A stretch of 64,000 nucleotides of DNA from a virus, in IMG/VR virus record IMGVR_UViG_3300032309_000634, positions 1-64,000 of that record; one strand, 5' to 3'. Positions 28,237-38,200 of this stretch are shown here, one piece after another. Positions within the stretch are counted from its first letter, which is position 1, and each line of letters starts with the position of its first letter. Both the position numbers and the translations under genes were made by a program. The notes under the pieces are model-generated. The model did no database searches. It was not told the DNA's origin and worked only from the letters and a program-made list of their open reading frames with translations.

Positions 28237-28911
28237 TTATACCCCAACCCTTGCGTTAGCAATCCACTTAAATCCAGTGTCTATACCTTTTGCTCTTCCT
28301 GTTCTAGATCCAGCAGCAAAGTTTGCTTTATATAGTGTTGGCTTATTTATATAATCATATAGCCCAGATGCACGAATAAATGATTGCCTAAAATATCCTA
28401 ACATGAATTCATCAACAGCCTTTTCAAATGATCCCACTACTTCTGTTCCGCCTGGATCGTTAACTATTACTTCGTTTTTTGTAAATACTGTTTCTCCATT
28501 TGCTTCAAACACAAGAACATCAGATCTAACTGGAACAATTTTTACTGGAATCCCTTGTTCCATTATTGTTGCTTTATCATAAAAAGGAACTTTTGAATTT
28601 GTAGCAATAGAAGATGATTGCTTAAAATTTGATTTAAGGCTAAGCCCTAGATTACTTATGGTGTAGTCTAAGTCATATAGTCTTGCTTTTGGGCTACCCG
28701 TTTGCATCCATTCATAAATGTGGTGCAATGCTCTTGGATTAGATCTAGCACTTGCATCAATGTAATCATATAGTACTGTCAATACTCCGTGCCCTAAATT
28801 ATTTAAGAATACAGATTTGCCTTTTTGAACTCCTTCTAAAAATCCAAAAGAGTAGTTAACGATATTATTCATTTGTTTTTCAAAAGATTTTGTATTTGTA
28901 TAAACTTTCAT
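28237..28911 (-). CDS. Neck / tail completion protein
   Basis: Synteny in the head-tail module. Confidence 0.55.
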   Translation of the reverse strand: MKVYTNTKSFEKQMNNIVNYSFGFLEGVQKGKSVFLNNLGHGVLTVLYDYIDASARSNPRALHHIYEWMQTGSPKARLYDLDYTISNLGLSLKSNFKQSSSIATNSKVPFYDKATIMEQGIPVKIVPVRSDVLVFEANGETVFTKNEVIVNDPGGTEVVGSFEKAVDEFMLGYFRQSFIRASGLYDYINKPTLYKANFAAGSRTGRAKGIDTGFKWIANARVGV

Positions 28912-29360
28912 TAGTCACCAACGCTTTGGTTTTCGGTCCTGCGCCATAGCATCTTAAAGAATTCAACATCTCCAAATGGCCCAGTTAGCGGATCAAAAGT
29001 TCCTAGTTCGTAAATAGTTCCACGACCTGCTCTTGGTCCAGCGCTTTCGGTATAAATAAGATTATCATGAATATCTCTAATATTAGTAATCAATATATTG
29101 GTTGCAGCATTTAAAGTATTTGTAGATGATGCTCTTATGTCAGACTTGCTGCGAGCAATTAGCTTATTCTCATATTGAAGAAATACCTCTGGTCTGATAT
29201 CTTCAGTACCGTTTCCTCCAACTGGAGTTGCGTTACATACAATTGTTCTATCAAATACCCACTCTTTGTTTGCTTGACCATAGTCATTTTGAGTTATGAT
29301 TGGATAATAAATATCAGCTCTCATAGGGTACATGAAGTCATTTTCTTCACATACTAACAT
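28911..29360 (-). CDS. Probable head-tail stopper
   Basis: 149 aa, NDYG..KEW..I.C pattern, synteny. Confidence 0.6.
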   Translation of the reverse strand: MLVCEENDFMYPMRADIYYPIITQNDYGQANKEWVFDRTIVCNATPVGGNGTEDIRPEVFLQYENKLIARSKSDIRASSTNTLNAATNILITNIRDIHDNLIYTESAGPRAGRGTIYELGTFDPLTGPFGDVEFFKMLWRRTENQSVGD

Positions 29361-30337
29361 TATAAAATCCCAGGACGAGTTATTGAGGTTTTGTATTTAT
29401 CTAAAATCTTATCAACTAAGAGGTTTCCAGTACCATCAATTAGTCGCTTATCGTATTCAATCTGGAACTGATCTGTCTCATATCTTTTGACAAACCTCTT
29501 ATAATAGTCTAGCTTTCCACACTTAATATCTTCAATAAGAATCTTTGTTGCATCTTGGATATCGTATGGTACTACTTTGTACCCTGTTTCTAGTTGAAAT
29601 ATATAATCTGTACCCTCGGCAAAACCAACTCCAGCAGAAATGGTTTGAACTAAACCACTATCTTCTGTATCAAAAACATTATATGAGTCTGATGGTGCTA
29701 ATGGAATTCTTGCAGGCTTTCTTTCTGCACGGTTTAATTCACCTTCATCTAAGACTGGATCTTTTGTGATAGATGTTCTATCTTTAGTAATTACGTAGTT
29801 AAATGATCCAAGAGCTGCTGGTGACTGAGATGAGTCATATACCAAGACTGTATTTTCATATGCCTTTAAAAGTTTTTCTGTTTTTTTCCAAAGTGGCATA
29901 TAGTCAGTACCTTGACCAACAACCTCTAAGTATGTTCTATTGTAATAGAATCCACCAGTTACTGAATCAATAATTAGTCTAGCTAAATTTTCATATTCTT
30001 TATACTGAGCAATTTCTGTAGCTGTGGTTCCAAGTGTTTCTGGGTCAACGTATGGTCTTTGAATTTCAAGATTATCTTCTACAACAACATCTCCATAAAC
30101 AAGGTCTGGGCCAGAGTCGGTTAGATCTTCATAAATTGTAAGGGCATATGATTTATCATATCTTGTAAAATCTCCAGTAAGAGAGTAGGTAACTAAAGAC
30201 CCAGCAGTTGATGTTACAGACTCTTCAAGTTCGGTCTGCTCAGACATATCTCTAATGACTAGAATATAGTCTGCAAGGCTATCTGGAACAGTATAGGTTA
30301 CAGATAGTGGATATGGAGCTTTACGTAATAGTTGCAT
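29360..30337 (-). CDS. Head-tail adaptor
   Basis: GYKVVPYDIQDAT..TGNLLVDKILDKY adaptor-like C-terminus. Confidence 0.7.
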   Translation of the reverse strand: MQLLRKAPYPLSVTYTVPDSLADYILVIRDMSEQTELEESVTSTAGSLVTYSLTGDFTRYDKSYALTIYEDLTDSGPDLVYGDVVVEDNLEIQRPYVDPETLGTTATEIAQYKEYENLARLIIDSVTGGFYYNRTYLEVVGQGTDYMPLWKKTEKLLKAYENTVLVYDSSQSPAALGSFNYVITKDRTSITKDPVLDEGELNRAERKPARIPLAPSDSYNVFDTEDSGLVQTISAGVGFAEGTDYIFQLETGYKVVPYDIQDATKILIEDIKCGKLDYYKRFVKRYETDQFQIEYDKRLIDGTGNLLVDKILDKYKTSITRPGIL

Positions 30338-30666
30338 TATTTACCATAGTAACTTGCTACCTCTTCAGGAGATGCAACACGCACAGCCTTATGGGTAGAC
30401 ATAATTTTTGCTTGATCTTTAGACACAATGTTGTATCCAATTTTAAGGTTTCCAATTTCAGACCAATGTATATTTCTTTTTGAATATAGGGCTACTTTGT
30501 CATATTCTTCTTTAATGTTTTCTGTTATAACACTAGATGGAGTAAATGCTTCAATTGTTGAGAGTATATCAACTTTCTTTTTTGCGTCCCCCAAAGGAAT
30601 ACCGTTAGTTTTAGCATACGACTTTAATTCAAAAACTGTTTTATTTAACAAATTATCAATGTTCAA
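30337..30666 (-). CDS. Small protein with Rho-N/HeH-like N-terminal domain
   Basis: LLNKTVFELKSYAKTNGI..KKKVDIL; TTG start 7 nt after AGGAGG. Confidence 0.55.
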   Translation of the reverse strand: MNIDNLLNKTVFELKSYAKTNGIPLGDAKKKVDILSTIEAFTPSSVITENIKEEYDKVALYSKRNIHWSEIGNLKIGYNIVSKDQAKIMSTHKAVRVASPEEVASYYGK

Positions 30667-30700
30667 AGCATTCCCTCCTGACTAAATTATACCAGAATAT

Positions 30701-30735
30701 GAAGAAGGGGGAGCAGATGTGACTCTACTCCCCCT
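30701..30735 (-). terminator. Terminator after the major capsid gene
   Basis: AGGGGGAG..CTCCCCCT inverted repeat just past the capsid stop. Confidence 0.75.
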
Positions 30736-30751
30736 CTAGGTTGACTACAGA

Positions 30752-31888
30752 TTATGAATCTGAAATGTCATGGTATGCAACTGCATCTAGTTCTTCCCAT
30801 TGAATACCAAAGCGGACGAATACTGTGTATTCAATTGTGTCCTTCTTTGGCTTGTATTCACGGTTAACAGTGATGTCACGTTGGAATCCCCATACACGGT
30901 TCTGTGGGAATGTCAAGTCGACATATCCTGCAGGGTAGTAAGGAACTTCCATAACATCAATGCCTAGAACACGAGTGGTGCGAGCACCACCGAATGTCTG
31001 TGCATTGCCATCAAGGTATGCTTGACGGTTTGCTGGTGTACCAGCTGCGATTGGTGAAAATGCTTCTGCGATTGCATCAGCAAGTGTACCGTTGTTCTTA
31101 ACGATGCTTTGGAAAACATCTGTACCAGCATAGAACTTTAGACCAGCCTTTAGTGCACGATACTTACGTGGCAAAGCCAAGATGATATCTTGCATAGCAG
31201 CGGTTGTCCACTGGTTATCGTTGATAACTGTGACTGCTTCGTGAGAGTCTTCAGTTACTACACGATTAACGAATCCGTTCATGATTGAAAGGAAGTCGCC
31301 AGTTGCACCGTCGCCGTTGATTGCTAGATCTTCAATATCATTAGCGAAAGCGTTTGTCATAAGACGAACTAGGTGATCTTCAAGAGCACCGCCTTCAATA
31401 TTGTCTTCTAGTGATTCTGTAGAAACTTCCCAGTCAAGACGAATCTTTTTGGTTGTTAGTTCTACCTTTGAGAATGTTGCGCCAGCGTTTGTGTAGTTTG
31501 GGCTACCTTGAGCAGCAGCACGGATTACACGCTCTCCAACGTTAACCTTCTCGATTTCCATTGTGTTAGCACGCATTGTAACTTTACGACCATCTTTGGC
31601 GAGAACTGTTCCATCCCACACGTAGTCGATGAAGCGACGAGCCTGCTCTGGTGCTAGAATACCACCTGATGTACCAGTTGGGTTTACAGCGTTAGGTCCA
31701 GTTGTAACACCGAAGTTAGCTGTTGCTGTCTGACCGAGTGATGTTGCTGGACTTACGTTACCATCAGCATTACGGGCAGTTGCACCACCGATATTTCCAG
31801 ATACTGTTGCGCCTTGTGAGTTAATCTCAGCTCCAGCTCCACCAGATCCTGGGTAGTTCTTTTCTATATTTGTATCTTGTTCCGACAT
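30752..31888 (-). CDS. Major capsid protein (HK97 fold)
   Basis: GGILAPEQARRFID..VELTTKKIRLDWEVSTESLEDNIEG..AINGDG; start MSEQD after AGGAGGTG. Confidence 0.9.
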   Translation of the reverse strand: MSEQDTNIEKNYPGSGGAGAEINSQGATVSGNIGGATARNADGNVSPATSLGQTATANFGVTTGPNAVNPTGTSGGILAPEQARRFIDYVWDGTVLAKDGRKVTMRANTMEIEKVNVGERVIRAAAQGSPNYTNAGATFSKVELTTKKIRLDWEVSTESLEDNIEGGALEDHLVRLMTNAFANDIEDLAINGDGATGDFLSIMNGFVNRVVTEDSHEAVTVINDNQWTTAAMQDIILALPRKYRALKAGLKFYAGTDVFQSIVKNNGTLADAIAEAFSPIAAGTPANRQAYLDGNAQTFGGARTTRVLGIDVMEVPYYPAGYVDLTFPQNRVWGFQRDITVNREYKPKKDTIEYTVFVRFGIQWEELDAVAYHDISDS

Positions 31889-31916
31889 ATTGTTCACCTC
31901 CTAGTGATTTTATATC

Positions 31917-32474
31917 TTAGTTGAATAGGTCGGTTGATGTGAGGAAACGACCGCCCCATAGGGATTTTTGAACCTTAAGTGGTTCGAACTGTACGATCTC
32001 GCCTAGATCGCCAGACTTGCGGAAAGCTGTGTCTGCTACTACGTCATCCACTCGCTTGCCAAACTCATCAAATGTTCCCTTAACTTCCTTAACCTCACTA
32101 GTTACGGATTCAAGAGACTTGCTTAGTGTCATAATCTGCTCATGTAAAGATTTTACAGTTGAAGCGAGATCGCCAAAGGCATTAGTTAGAGAATCCTTAA
32201 TGTCTGAAACTGCTTTAGCAATTTCTTCGTTAGATGCTGTTGCATTTGCTTCAAGGCTGTCTGCCTTATCTGCAGTATTCTCTACAGTCTCAGCTGCATT
32301 AGCAACTGGAGACTCTGCACCACCATCAGTTAATTCTACAGCAATAGCTTTTTCAGCTACTGGTGCTTCTTCAACTACTACAGATGTTTTTTCAACAACT
32401 GTTGGCTGTGCCTCTGGAGTAACCTCAACTTCTTCAACTGCAGATTGGACTGCTTTTTCTGTTGCTTCTGTCAT
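31917..32474 (-). CDS. Nested in-frame scaffold protein (internal start)
   Basis: AAGGAGGT-7 nt-ATG (MTEATEK) at the protease/scaffold boundary. Confidence 0.65.
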   Translation of the reverse strand: MTEATEKAVQSAVEEVEVTPEAQPTVVEKTSVVVEEAPVAEKAIAVELTDGGAESPVANAAETVENTADKADSLEANATASNEEIAKAVSDIKDSLTNAFGDLASTVKSLHEQIMTLSKSLESVTSEVKEVKGTFDEFGKRVDDVVADTAFRKSGDLGEIVQFEPLKVQKSLWGGRFLTSTDLFN

Positions 32475-33227
32475 TGGATTTACCTCCTTAGTAATCTTAA
32501 TTGTACTAATGCCTTTAGCACTATCAACTAAGAACTTTATCATATTTGCTTTTTCTAAATCATCTTTTTCAACAAAACCAATGTTCTTCATTTCTTGTCC
32601 AGTTGCAGGACTTACCTGTGTCTCTTCTTCAGAAACAATAACTAATCCAGACTCTTTGTCATAGAATACATTTTCTAAAACAGTGTTATCTGCTTTAATC
32701 ATATCGACACCATCAACCTTCTCAACTGACATAATGCTAGCAAATTGGTTTGCTGGACTATCAACAAGAGATAGCTCAATGAGGTCATAGTCCTTGATAA
32801 TTCTAATTTGCTTTTCCATTGTATCATCATATGCGTCATCCCACTTGTTCATTCGTCCCCCGATTGAAAAACCAGTGTATGTACCATCAAGAACTTTTTC
32901 CCAAGCATCTTGGGCACCCTTAGAAATATAAGTAGAAACGTATATTCCCTTATAAAACTTCTTTGATTCTGGATCAAAATATTTTTCTTCTTTAAATGAG
33001 ATCATCTTACCAACAGCAGATGGTTGGTGCATTTCTCTAATGTTTCCACGAAACTTTGCAAAAGCACTCATGCTAGCTTCGGTAGTTACAATGTCCATTT
33101 GCTTGTCAATATTGTCTAGAGACGCAAAACCAGAAACTAGTCTTCGCTCTTGATCTACCTTGCCAAAAGGCATTGATAGACGAACGTTGTCGCCGTCTGT
33201 AACCCAGGAAGCTTTATTTATAATCAT
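31917..33227 (-). CDS. Prohead protease fused to a scaffold domain
   Basis: GFAS..D..D, REMH, GFSIGG, ELSLVDSPAN (HK97-type protease); acidic and coiled-coil C-terminal half. Confidence 0.88.
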   Translation of the reverse strand: MIINKASWVTDGDNVRLSMPFGKVDQERRLVSGFASLDNIDKQMDIVTTEASMSAFAKFRGNIREMHQPSAVGKMISFKEEKYFDPESKKFYKGIYVSTYISKGAQDAWEKVLDGTYTGFSIGGRMNKWDDAYDDTMEKQIRIIKDYDLIELSLVDSPANQFASIMSVEKVDGVDMIKADNTVLENVFYDKESGLVIVSEEETQVSPATGQEMKNIGFVEKDDLEKANMIKFLVDSAKGISTIKITKEVNPMTEATEKAVQSAVEEVEVTPEAQPTVVEKTSVVVEEAPVAEKAIAVELTDGGAESPVANAAETVENTADKADSLEANATASNEEIAKAVSDIKDSLTNAFGDLASTVKSLHEQIMTLSKSLESVTSEVKEVKGTFDEFGKRVDDVVADTAFRKSGDLGEIVQFEPLKVQKSLWGGRFLTSTDLFN

Positions 33228-33266
33228 AGCTTATCTATTATACCAAACATTTATGAGTTTTCTCAG

Positions 33267-34874
33267 TTATTGAGATGATCTTCCTTCACCTTTAGGATTT
33301 CTTCCAGCGATAGTTGCTGGGCCATCTGACTGGTTGTTAACTCTTTCTGTATCCCGTTGGCGATTTGAATTTGCATTTGATTGAGCATCATTTGCTTGCC
33401 CTGGAGACATTACAAAAGGAGTATCTCCATCTTTAGTTTGTGGAAGATCAAGAGCTTCTCTAGCCTCATTTGGCATCATAATCTGAGTCTTAACAAGACG
33501 TTCAAGAATTTGAGATTGAGCAATTTCATCTGTAAGAGTTAGCTCATTAAACCTTAACTCTAGAATATCTGTTTTTTCTTTAATAATTTTATTGATAATT
33601 TTTTCAAGATGATGCTGTGCTGGTCGTGAAACCTGCTCTTTAAATGTACGATCTTGAGATAGGGCTGCTGCAATACCAGAATCAGAACCACCAAGTTTAG
33701 AGATTGGAACCTGATGAGCAATCAGGATATCATCACGATTTTGCTTTCTGTATTCTTTAAATGATCCGTCTTGAATACCATTTTCAATTGGCTCCATTTT
33801 GAACTCAACCTTGTTTTGATCTGTATCTCCAGGAAGTGGTATGTACAGGGTTCTGTGGGATTGAGATTTTAGTCCAGTCTGTAAGAATCTAAACATGTTG
33901 TCTTCTGCATCTGCACTTAGCTTGGCACCCTTTAGAGTAATAATATATCTTGGTACCGCTTTATTTTCAAAGTAGTCAATGTTGTATTGTGATGCTAACT
34001 TGTCACCAATCAAAGATGGAAAAGCAGCAACAATGTCTGGTACACCATAAAACGTATTTAGTGGTGAGTATTGCTTAATATGAATAATCTCATTTGGTCT
34101 AGTATCTACAGTAACTGGGTTCTGGTTCTTAGCCCCAAAGTTTCTAAAGTAAACTACTTGCTGACCAATAATTTGAAGAAAGCCATCGTTTAGTCTGCGA
34201 ACACGAACAGTAGTTGCTGGAATATGACCTAGATATCCGATGTCGCCTTCAACAGTTCTTCCTATTTCAATGAAACCATTTCCTGTTGCCTCTAAGTCTA
34301 TATAAACCTTTTCCATAGTCTTTGTAAATGAGTCATCATCATTTAAATTCTCTAGCCAATCACGAAGTTCAATCTTCATGCGCTCAATCCTCTTTCGAGC
34401 ACGAGCAGATGCTTGCTCATCACTTGAAGTTTCAAGGCGTAAAGATGTTCTGTCTGAAATGTCAAATCGATATCCAAGACCTACAACGTTTTCTACCTTA
34501 GCATCAATAGCAGCATGGTTAGCAAAAGATGTATCATAAAAGTTTGCTAGCTCATACATGTTATATGGTGGAGTAATAATATCAAACAAGCCATATCCAT
34601 TTCGGTATACTGTTCCAGGATTAATGCCCTTTGTCCCAGTACCGCCCACTCCAGATGACTGAGCATTTGCTGAGTCTAGATATGCTGGAGTCATTTCAGC
34701 AGCCTTATTTAAAAGTCTAACAGTTCTTCTCTTAAAGTTTTGGTTTAGTCCGCCAAGGTCTTTTAGATCATCCCAATTTTTATTAAATGGGTCTTGTGCA
34801 TGAAATATATTTTCTTCTTGTTCTTGTGTATTTAGTTTTGCACTAACGTAATCAGAATTATCCCTCATCGCCAT
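33267..34874 (-). CDS. Portal protein
   Basis: ATGNGFIEI, EIIHIK..FYGVP, YFENKAVP, HQVPISKLG, PNEAREALDL. Confidence 0.9.
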   Translation of the reverse strand: MAMRDNSDYVSAKLNTQEQEENIFHAQDPFNKNWDDLKDLGGLNQNFKRRTVRLLNKAAEMTPAYLDSANAQSSGVGGTGTKGINPGTVYRNGYGLFDIITPPYNMYELANFYDTSFANHAAIDAKVENVVGLGYRFDISDRTSLRLETSSDEQASARARKRIERMKIELRDWLENLNDDDSFTKTMEKVYIDLEATGNGFIEIGRTVEGDIGYLGHIPATTVRVRRLNDGFLQIIGQQVVYFRNFGAKNQNPVTVDTRPNEIIHIKQYSPLNTFYGVPDIVAAFPSLIGDKLASQYNIDYFENKAVPRYIITLKGAKLSADAEDNMFRFLQTGLKSQSHRTLYIPLPGDTDQNKVEFKMEPIENGIQDGSFKEYRKQNRDDILIAHQVPISKLGGSDSGIAAALSQDRTFKEQVSRPAQHHLEKIINKIIKEKTDILELRFNELTLTDEIAQSQILERLVKTQIMMPNEAREALDLPQTKDGDTPFVMSPGQANDAQSNANSNRQRDTERVNNQSDGPATIAGRNPKGEGRSSQ

Positions 34875-35244
34875 ACAACCTTAAAGTTTTTTGTGCTGCA
34901 TCAATAGCACCCAGATCATTAAGAGAAGGAATTAGTCCTTGCCTCATTCTATCTTTTTGCTCTGAATATTCTTCTTCTGTTACCCTTGTCAATCCAGGAA
35001 CAAAGACTGCGGTACCTTGACCGTCATCTCCACAGGCGATTGCTTCTCTTTTTAGCTCTGCAATCTTACTTATGTCACCTTTTTGTGCAGGTATGTTTAA
35101 AACTGAGCCTGATCCGTCTGTAAACCACTTGCCTGTTGACTTCTTATATACATAAAGTCCCCAGTCATATTGCTTATCAATGACTTTTCTGCGTACGTTG
35201 TTAACAATAGGTTTACCAGTTTTTGGGTTTATTAATGAATCCAT
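34858..35244 (-). CDS. Hypothetical protein upstream of portal
   Basis: 128 aa, TGGTATACT 7 nt before ATG. Confidence 0.6.
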   Translation of the reverse strand: MDSLINPKTGKPIVNNVRRKVIDKQYDWGLYVYKKSTGKWFTDGSGSVLNIPAQKGDISKIAELKREAIACGDDGQGTAVFVPGLTRVTEEEYSEQKDRMRQGLIPSLNDLGAIDAAQKTLRLYGDEG

Positions 35245-35262
35245 AACCTCAAGTATACCATA

Positions 35263-38200
35263 TTAGACTGGCAAGAGGGTGATTGTCTGCCACTCAGTAT
35301 CTTTATACACCTTAACTTTATTAGCATCAAACGTCATGCCTTCATTATCATCAATGATAATCTTATTAGTTCCAAGATAGTTTTTGTAGACATCTGTGGG
35401 GTTAACTCCGTATAGTTCTGAGCTTGAAACAACTAGCGTTTCTTGCCAATCATAGTTTTCACTCCAGTATGACCATGTGTTGACTACCCCTTCACTGGTC
35501 TTAACCTTTAGCCAAGGTCTAGTTACAATACTCTGGATTTGTTGTAAATTGTTTGCTTGATAGAAAGATATGTTATTAAATAGTATTGGACCATTTAGAT
35601 TAATTGCGCCAATAAATAGATCAAAGTTTAATGCAGATGAGAACTGCAGTCCTAATGATCCCCACTCTTTTATTGTAATAATTGGATTTTGAACTGATAC
35701 TCCGTTCCAGAAATACGTCAGTTTTTTATACTCTGTTCCAGTTACGCTGCTCATTGCATATATCTTAGCTCGTGATCCAGACGGACTGTCTGCTACCATA
35801 TAGAACTTGATGGTATCTTCCTTATACTCAATTTCAAAAATTTCAATTGGTGAAGCAGAGAAAGAATCTTGGTTAGCAAACATCCAAGCCTGCATTGAGC
35901 TTACACGATATTCATCCGATAGTTCTTTATTAATTGGCATAGCAATGCCACGATTTGTTTCAAAGTTAAAATCTCCACGAACTTCTATTCCAGAATTTTT
36001 TGTTAAATATAAATATGGAGTGCTTGACTTGTAAATGCTAAAAGGATTCTTTGATTTATAGTCAAAATAAATTCCAGACTTTTTATATGGAACTAGGTCA
36101 ACTCCGAATCTAGTACCCACAGAGTTGAAGGCATTATCGCTAAATGCTTGGGAAGCTAACTCTAACTCTTTAATCTTAATTGGTCTATTAATAATTCCAC
36201 GTACATTAAAGTCAATAGAATATACAACTGCTAGGTCGTTAAAGTCGATAGACTTACTAGGATAAATAATTGTATTATCTACAACCTCAAACTTGCTAGC
36301 AGCCCAGTTTGGGTAGTTGTCAATATCAATAATTGATCCTTCTTTGGCTGGCACGTTTATAGTAAAACTATCATCGAGAGCATTTGCTCCATCTGCTACA
36401 TATTGAAAAGTAATATAACTTTTAACAAATGATTCTGATGTGTCATACTCGTAATACTTTAATGCTTTTTGAGCTAAGTCTTCATAGTTATCCCAACCAG
36501 TAATAAGGCTGTTATCTAGTTGATAGTATGTTTGTTGAATAGGTGCCGAATAGCTTTCCTTTAATTGCTCATAGGTCCAAGAAGAAGTAGTTTCTTTTTC
36601 TAAAAGTTTTGATGGCGATGGATATCCAATATTAAACTGTAAAAAATCTAAATCATAAAAAGAAGCACCTTGTGCATTATCGACATATTTAGCAAAATAC
36701 GACAGAGGTAGGTAATCTTGCCAGTATCCAGACACTCCAATATCAAGGAAGAATTCATCATATGCTTCTATTGGTAATAAAGTGTAGCTTGCTAAATGGT
36801 TTATAAGAGCAATAGCATTTGTTTCTTCTGCTACACCACTAACAGATAAATCATCAAAATTAACAACTCCATACTCATTAAAGTATTGTGCTATTGATTT
36901 ATGGTTAAGCTCTGTTGTAAACCCTAATGAGTAAATTTTACCAGAGAAAGAATTAGAAGTTTGTTCATCTCCAGCAACGTAAATCTTTAGACCATTTACA
37001 TTACCAAAGAATGCTGAAACATTTCCTCCAAAAACATTAGATAAATCATCAATGTTAATTCCAACTGCAAATAATTGATCTGGCTCAATTGCTTCTGTTG
37101 TGTATACTATTTCTTCTAGTCCATTATAGTTTAATACGTACTCGACTATACTTCCACTAAGTCTTGCAATAAAGAAATCATCAGTTAATGTGTTATATAT
37201 TTTAATTAATGTTTGTAATGTTCCTTCTGCAACTGGAGCGCCACCTTCATAAGATTCTATCCAGGTTGTTGTATTGTAGTACTCTGCATCAAAAGATTCT
37301 GTTGGAGTTGTATTGTAATACCCTCCATCAATTAATAATATGCTGCTGCTAAAAACTCCATATATAGATTTAATCTTGTCATTTAAAATATTAAACTTTG
37401 GAAAGTTTAGATATGTTCCTAACGCATTCCATGATGAGTTTGGTCTAAATGTTAAAAACTTGTATGGCAGTGCTCCAGACTCTTGGTCTGTCTGTATTGC
37501 TTTACAGTCAGTATATAGGTCATCTAGACTTTTAGTATCTAAAAATATGTTGGGCAAACTATAAGATGGTGTAGTTAACTCTAGAGAAGTTGTTTCTAAG
37601 TTATCAAAATTTCCTTGTTGCCATTGTGCAAAACTTGGATAGTTGTAGTTTGCGGTATAGTTTGAAAATGAATAATCTATAAAAGCAGAAGTTCCACCGT
37701 ATGATGAATTGATAGATTGTGCTGAAGATACGGCTTGACCATAAACCCATCTACGTTTTGCAACAGTTACAGAAACCTGATAAGAGTATATAGCAAGACA
37801 GTCTACCTCAATTAAGCTTACATTATCATATGCATAAAATCCAAGCCAGTCTTGACTTCTTAGTTCTTCATCTAATAGGTCTGGTAGTGATAGCGATGTA
37901 GTATCAATGGCAATTTCTATTACTTGTTCTCCATTTAACAGTACCGTCACGGAATTTTTAATTAATCTAATATGTATGAGCATTGGTCTAAACCATTCAC
38001 CAACAAAGTGAGACTTAGATTGACCGCCAATAACTAAAGTTAAAAATCCTGAATCTACATATAGTCCGTCTGTAGAAGCAATTGGTCCAAATATTCTTTT
38101 TGGATCTGGAGAGTCTGCAATTATTCTTGCCCAAAACTCTACGGTGTACTCTTTATGCTGCCCAGATTTGTTTAAAAATCCTTGACCTGGAAATATTAAT

